Below, one piece after another: positions 61,720 to 64,000 of a DNA stretch of 64,000 nt (positions are counted from its first letter, which is position 1; every line of letters begins with the position of its first letter). Made by a program: the position numbers and the translations under genes. The DNA is from Paraspadella gotoi (Eukaryota > Animalia > Chaetognatha), in assembly GCA_051294375.1 (NCBI GenBank), contig CM119265.1:2579292-2643291 (forward strand). The letters run 5' to 3'. Under the pieces are notes generated by a model. It did not search any database. It was not told the DNA's origin and saw only the letters and a program-made list of their open reading frames with translations.

Positions 61720-62280
61720 AATCCTTAGTATGTAAATTCCTGAATATTTTTTTCCCTGAATCTAAATTAATGAGTTGTCTTCTTTCTTTGTGAATACTTA
61801 GAGTGTGAATTCATAAGAATGAATTCATTTTCATTTCGGTTTAAAAAGTTTCAATTATTAAGTAGTATGTTATTCTTTGTGAATACTTAGTGTATGAATT
61901 CAATGAGTAGAAATTCATAAGAATGAGAATTCATTTCATTTCCGTTTAATTGCTCCATTTTTTAAAGTTTTTATTAATTAAGTAGTGCATTATTCTTTGT
62001 GAATACTCAGAGTGTGAATTCAAAAGAATAATTCATTCATTTTCGGTTTAAAAGTTTCATTATTAAAGTTTGTTGTTATTCTTGTGAATACTTGTGTATG
62101 AACTTCCATGAGTAGAAATTCATAAAAATGAATTCTTTCATTTCGGTTTAAATGTGCCATTTTTAAAGTTTTTATTATTAAGTAGTCATTATTCTTTGTG
62201 AAATACTTAATGTGTGAGACGTTCATGAGTAGAAAATTCTTAGAGAATGAATTCATCTTCATTTCAGTTTAATGTGCCTG
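61720..62280 (+). repeat. Degenerate AT-rich tandem repeat (GTGAATACTT...GAATTCA, roughly 90-130-bp units)
   Basis: About 5 recurrences of TTCTTTGTGAATACT and TTCATTTCGGTTTAA. Confidence 0.75.
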
Positions 62281-63311
62281 AACTCGAACATTCGGCCGAT
62301 GTCAATAATCAGCTATTAATCAGTACAAATAAAACATCAGTACGTCCCCAGGTAAAAATTCTATGAGAGTTTAAAAATATTATTTTATCAAAAATAAATA
62401 AATGCAAGTCACAAAAAGTTTACAAATTAAAAAACCGTCTTTAAAAATTATTTGTGGCTAAATCAAAAAAGTTTTTTGCTAATTTTATAGGTGTTAAAAG
62501 CTTATTTCAATAGCCTATGTTATGGTTAAGTTTAAACAAATTTGCAACTATTTTTGTTTAACAAAATTATAATAAAAACTGAAAAAGACACTTTTTGACT
62601 GTAAACTTCAATAGCAAACTCTAAATGAATTAAGGGAAATAAAATTACCAGAATAGGTGAAGGAAGATAAGGAAAGAACGGATTTCCCAAAGTAAATAAA
62701 TTTTTTGCTCAACTTTCCTTGGCAATCCTAAATCAGAAGAAGAAAATGAAATGGACAAAAAATGCGAGCATGATTTTTTTCTCCTAAATGTTTCACCAAA
62801 AAATTGTAGACTTTTTTATTATTTGAACCGGGGTGGATATGATTTCAATACCAATCTATAAGAACATTATGAATAAAAAGGTTTGGGATCGAGTTTAAGA
62901 TTTGGTAAATGCGAACGTATTTGTAGGCGGAGACCCAATGAAATTCATTTGAAATCAATCAAAGCACAAGTCGCATTCGAACTGAGAGCCTTCAATGAAT
63001 TCACGTTCCTCCCGCGCATTCGACTGATTAACAATCCGAAATTCGATCTTCGACCGGCTTAAATCGATCGCTGCGATTTTTCGACCGTTTTGCGAGGTCG
63101 AAGAGAGGTCGAAAACCGCCGCTTCAGCTTTACCTTCCGAAAGAGCGTCGTCAGATGTTTGATTTGGTTCGAGTTTAACATGAGAAGAATCAAACGAAAA
63201 CGATTTTTATGAGGAGGAAAGTCAGAACAAGGTATTGGAATTGAGAGAGAGATGAGAGAGAGAGAGAGAGAGATAGAAGAGAGAGAGAGAGAGAGAGAGA
63301 GAAGAGAGAGC

Positions 63312-63343
<32 letters not shown>

Positions 63344-64000
63344 AGAGACTAATTTAATATTTTTAAATTTTTGTCTATGGCCCAAAAGCGTTATGTATAA
63401 CATACATACATACACAAATCTCTTGCTGTGAAGTTGGGTAATTAACTTAGTTTTTTGGGTTTTTTTCTATTAAATATTATGGTTGCTAACAAATGCTAAC
63501 AACTTTTACCAAATGTCCATAATTAAGGTGTTTAAGGAAGAATTTTTTTTTAAATCTAAAGGTTCGTGACCTCTTGAACAACCGAGTAAATTGTTATTAC
63601 TATTATTAAAAATTAAAGTAAAAATATAAATCCCCAAATCTTTTTCTCGAGACCAACAACAAATTATTCGCCATTTGCAAAAAATAAAAAAACATCGTGG
63701 TCGATGAACCCTCGAAATTTGGTCCGCTTTAAAGTTTCAGGTAATTGTAAAATAAAAATTCGTGCAAATAAAACTAAATTGTTTTTAATTAAAACGATAA
63801 TTATAATTAGTATATAAATAAATAAATAGAACCAAGAATTAAAAATGTTTTTAAAAGAGAATTAGTAACGTATAATTTTTTAACGTAAATTAAAGAAAAG
63901 CATTTGGCATACTTTTAACGTAACGATTCTCCCCTCGTAAAGAAACATCCTCGGCACTGCTTCAAATTCTGCGACTGCAGCCGCTAAAGATGCCGAATGT

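Overview
Eukaryotic (animal-like, AT-rich, microsatellite-rich) draft assembly with N-gaps and many 1-bp indel errors. Positions 56-47039 (+) hold the 3' part of a highly interrupted axonemal dynein heavy chain gene, most similar to DNAH2 (inner arm f/I1-beta). I read 43 exons, from the AAA3 lid through AAA4, stalk/MTBD, AAA5, AAA6 and the C-terminal domain to the stop. Parts of the gene are present 2-3 times next to gaps, most likely as assembly redundancy. The introns carry several antisense tRNA-Gln genes (one with a Lys-type CTT anticodon), a same-strand nested multi-exon XK-related membrane-protein gene, Penelope-type minimal hammerhead ribozyme motifs, and MITEs, including a family filled with telomere-like repeats. 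The most unusual recurring pattern is tandem amplification of the exon ends themselves: donor, acceptor and stop-codon junctions are copied into arrays. This occurs alongside very relaxed 5' splice sites (GC donors, many GTY donors, a possible GG donor). Downstream lie a CCAAT/CHR-rich and an X-box-containing promoter-like region, then a repeat-rich, partly inverted and duplicated region with no confidently identifiable gene. All calls were made by eye; no searches were run.
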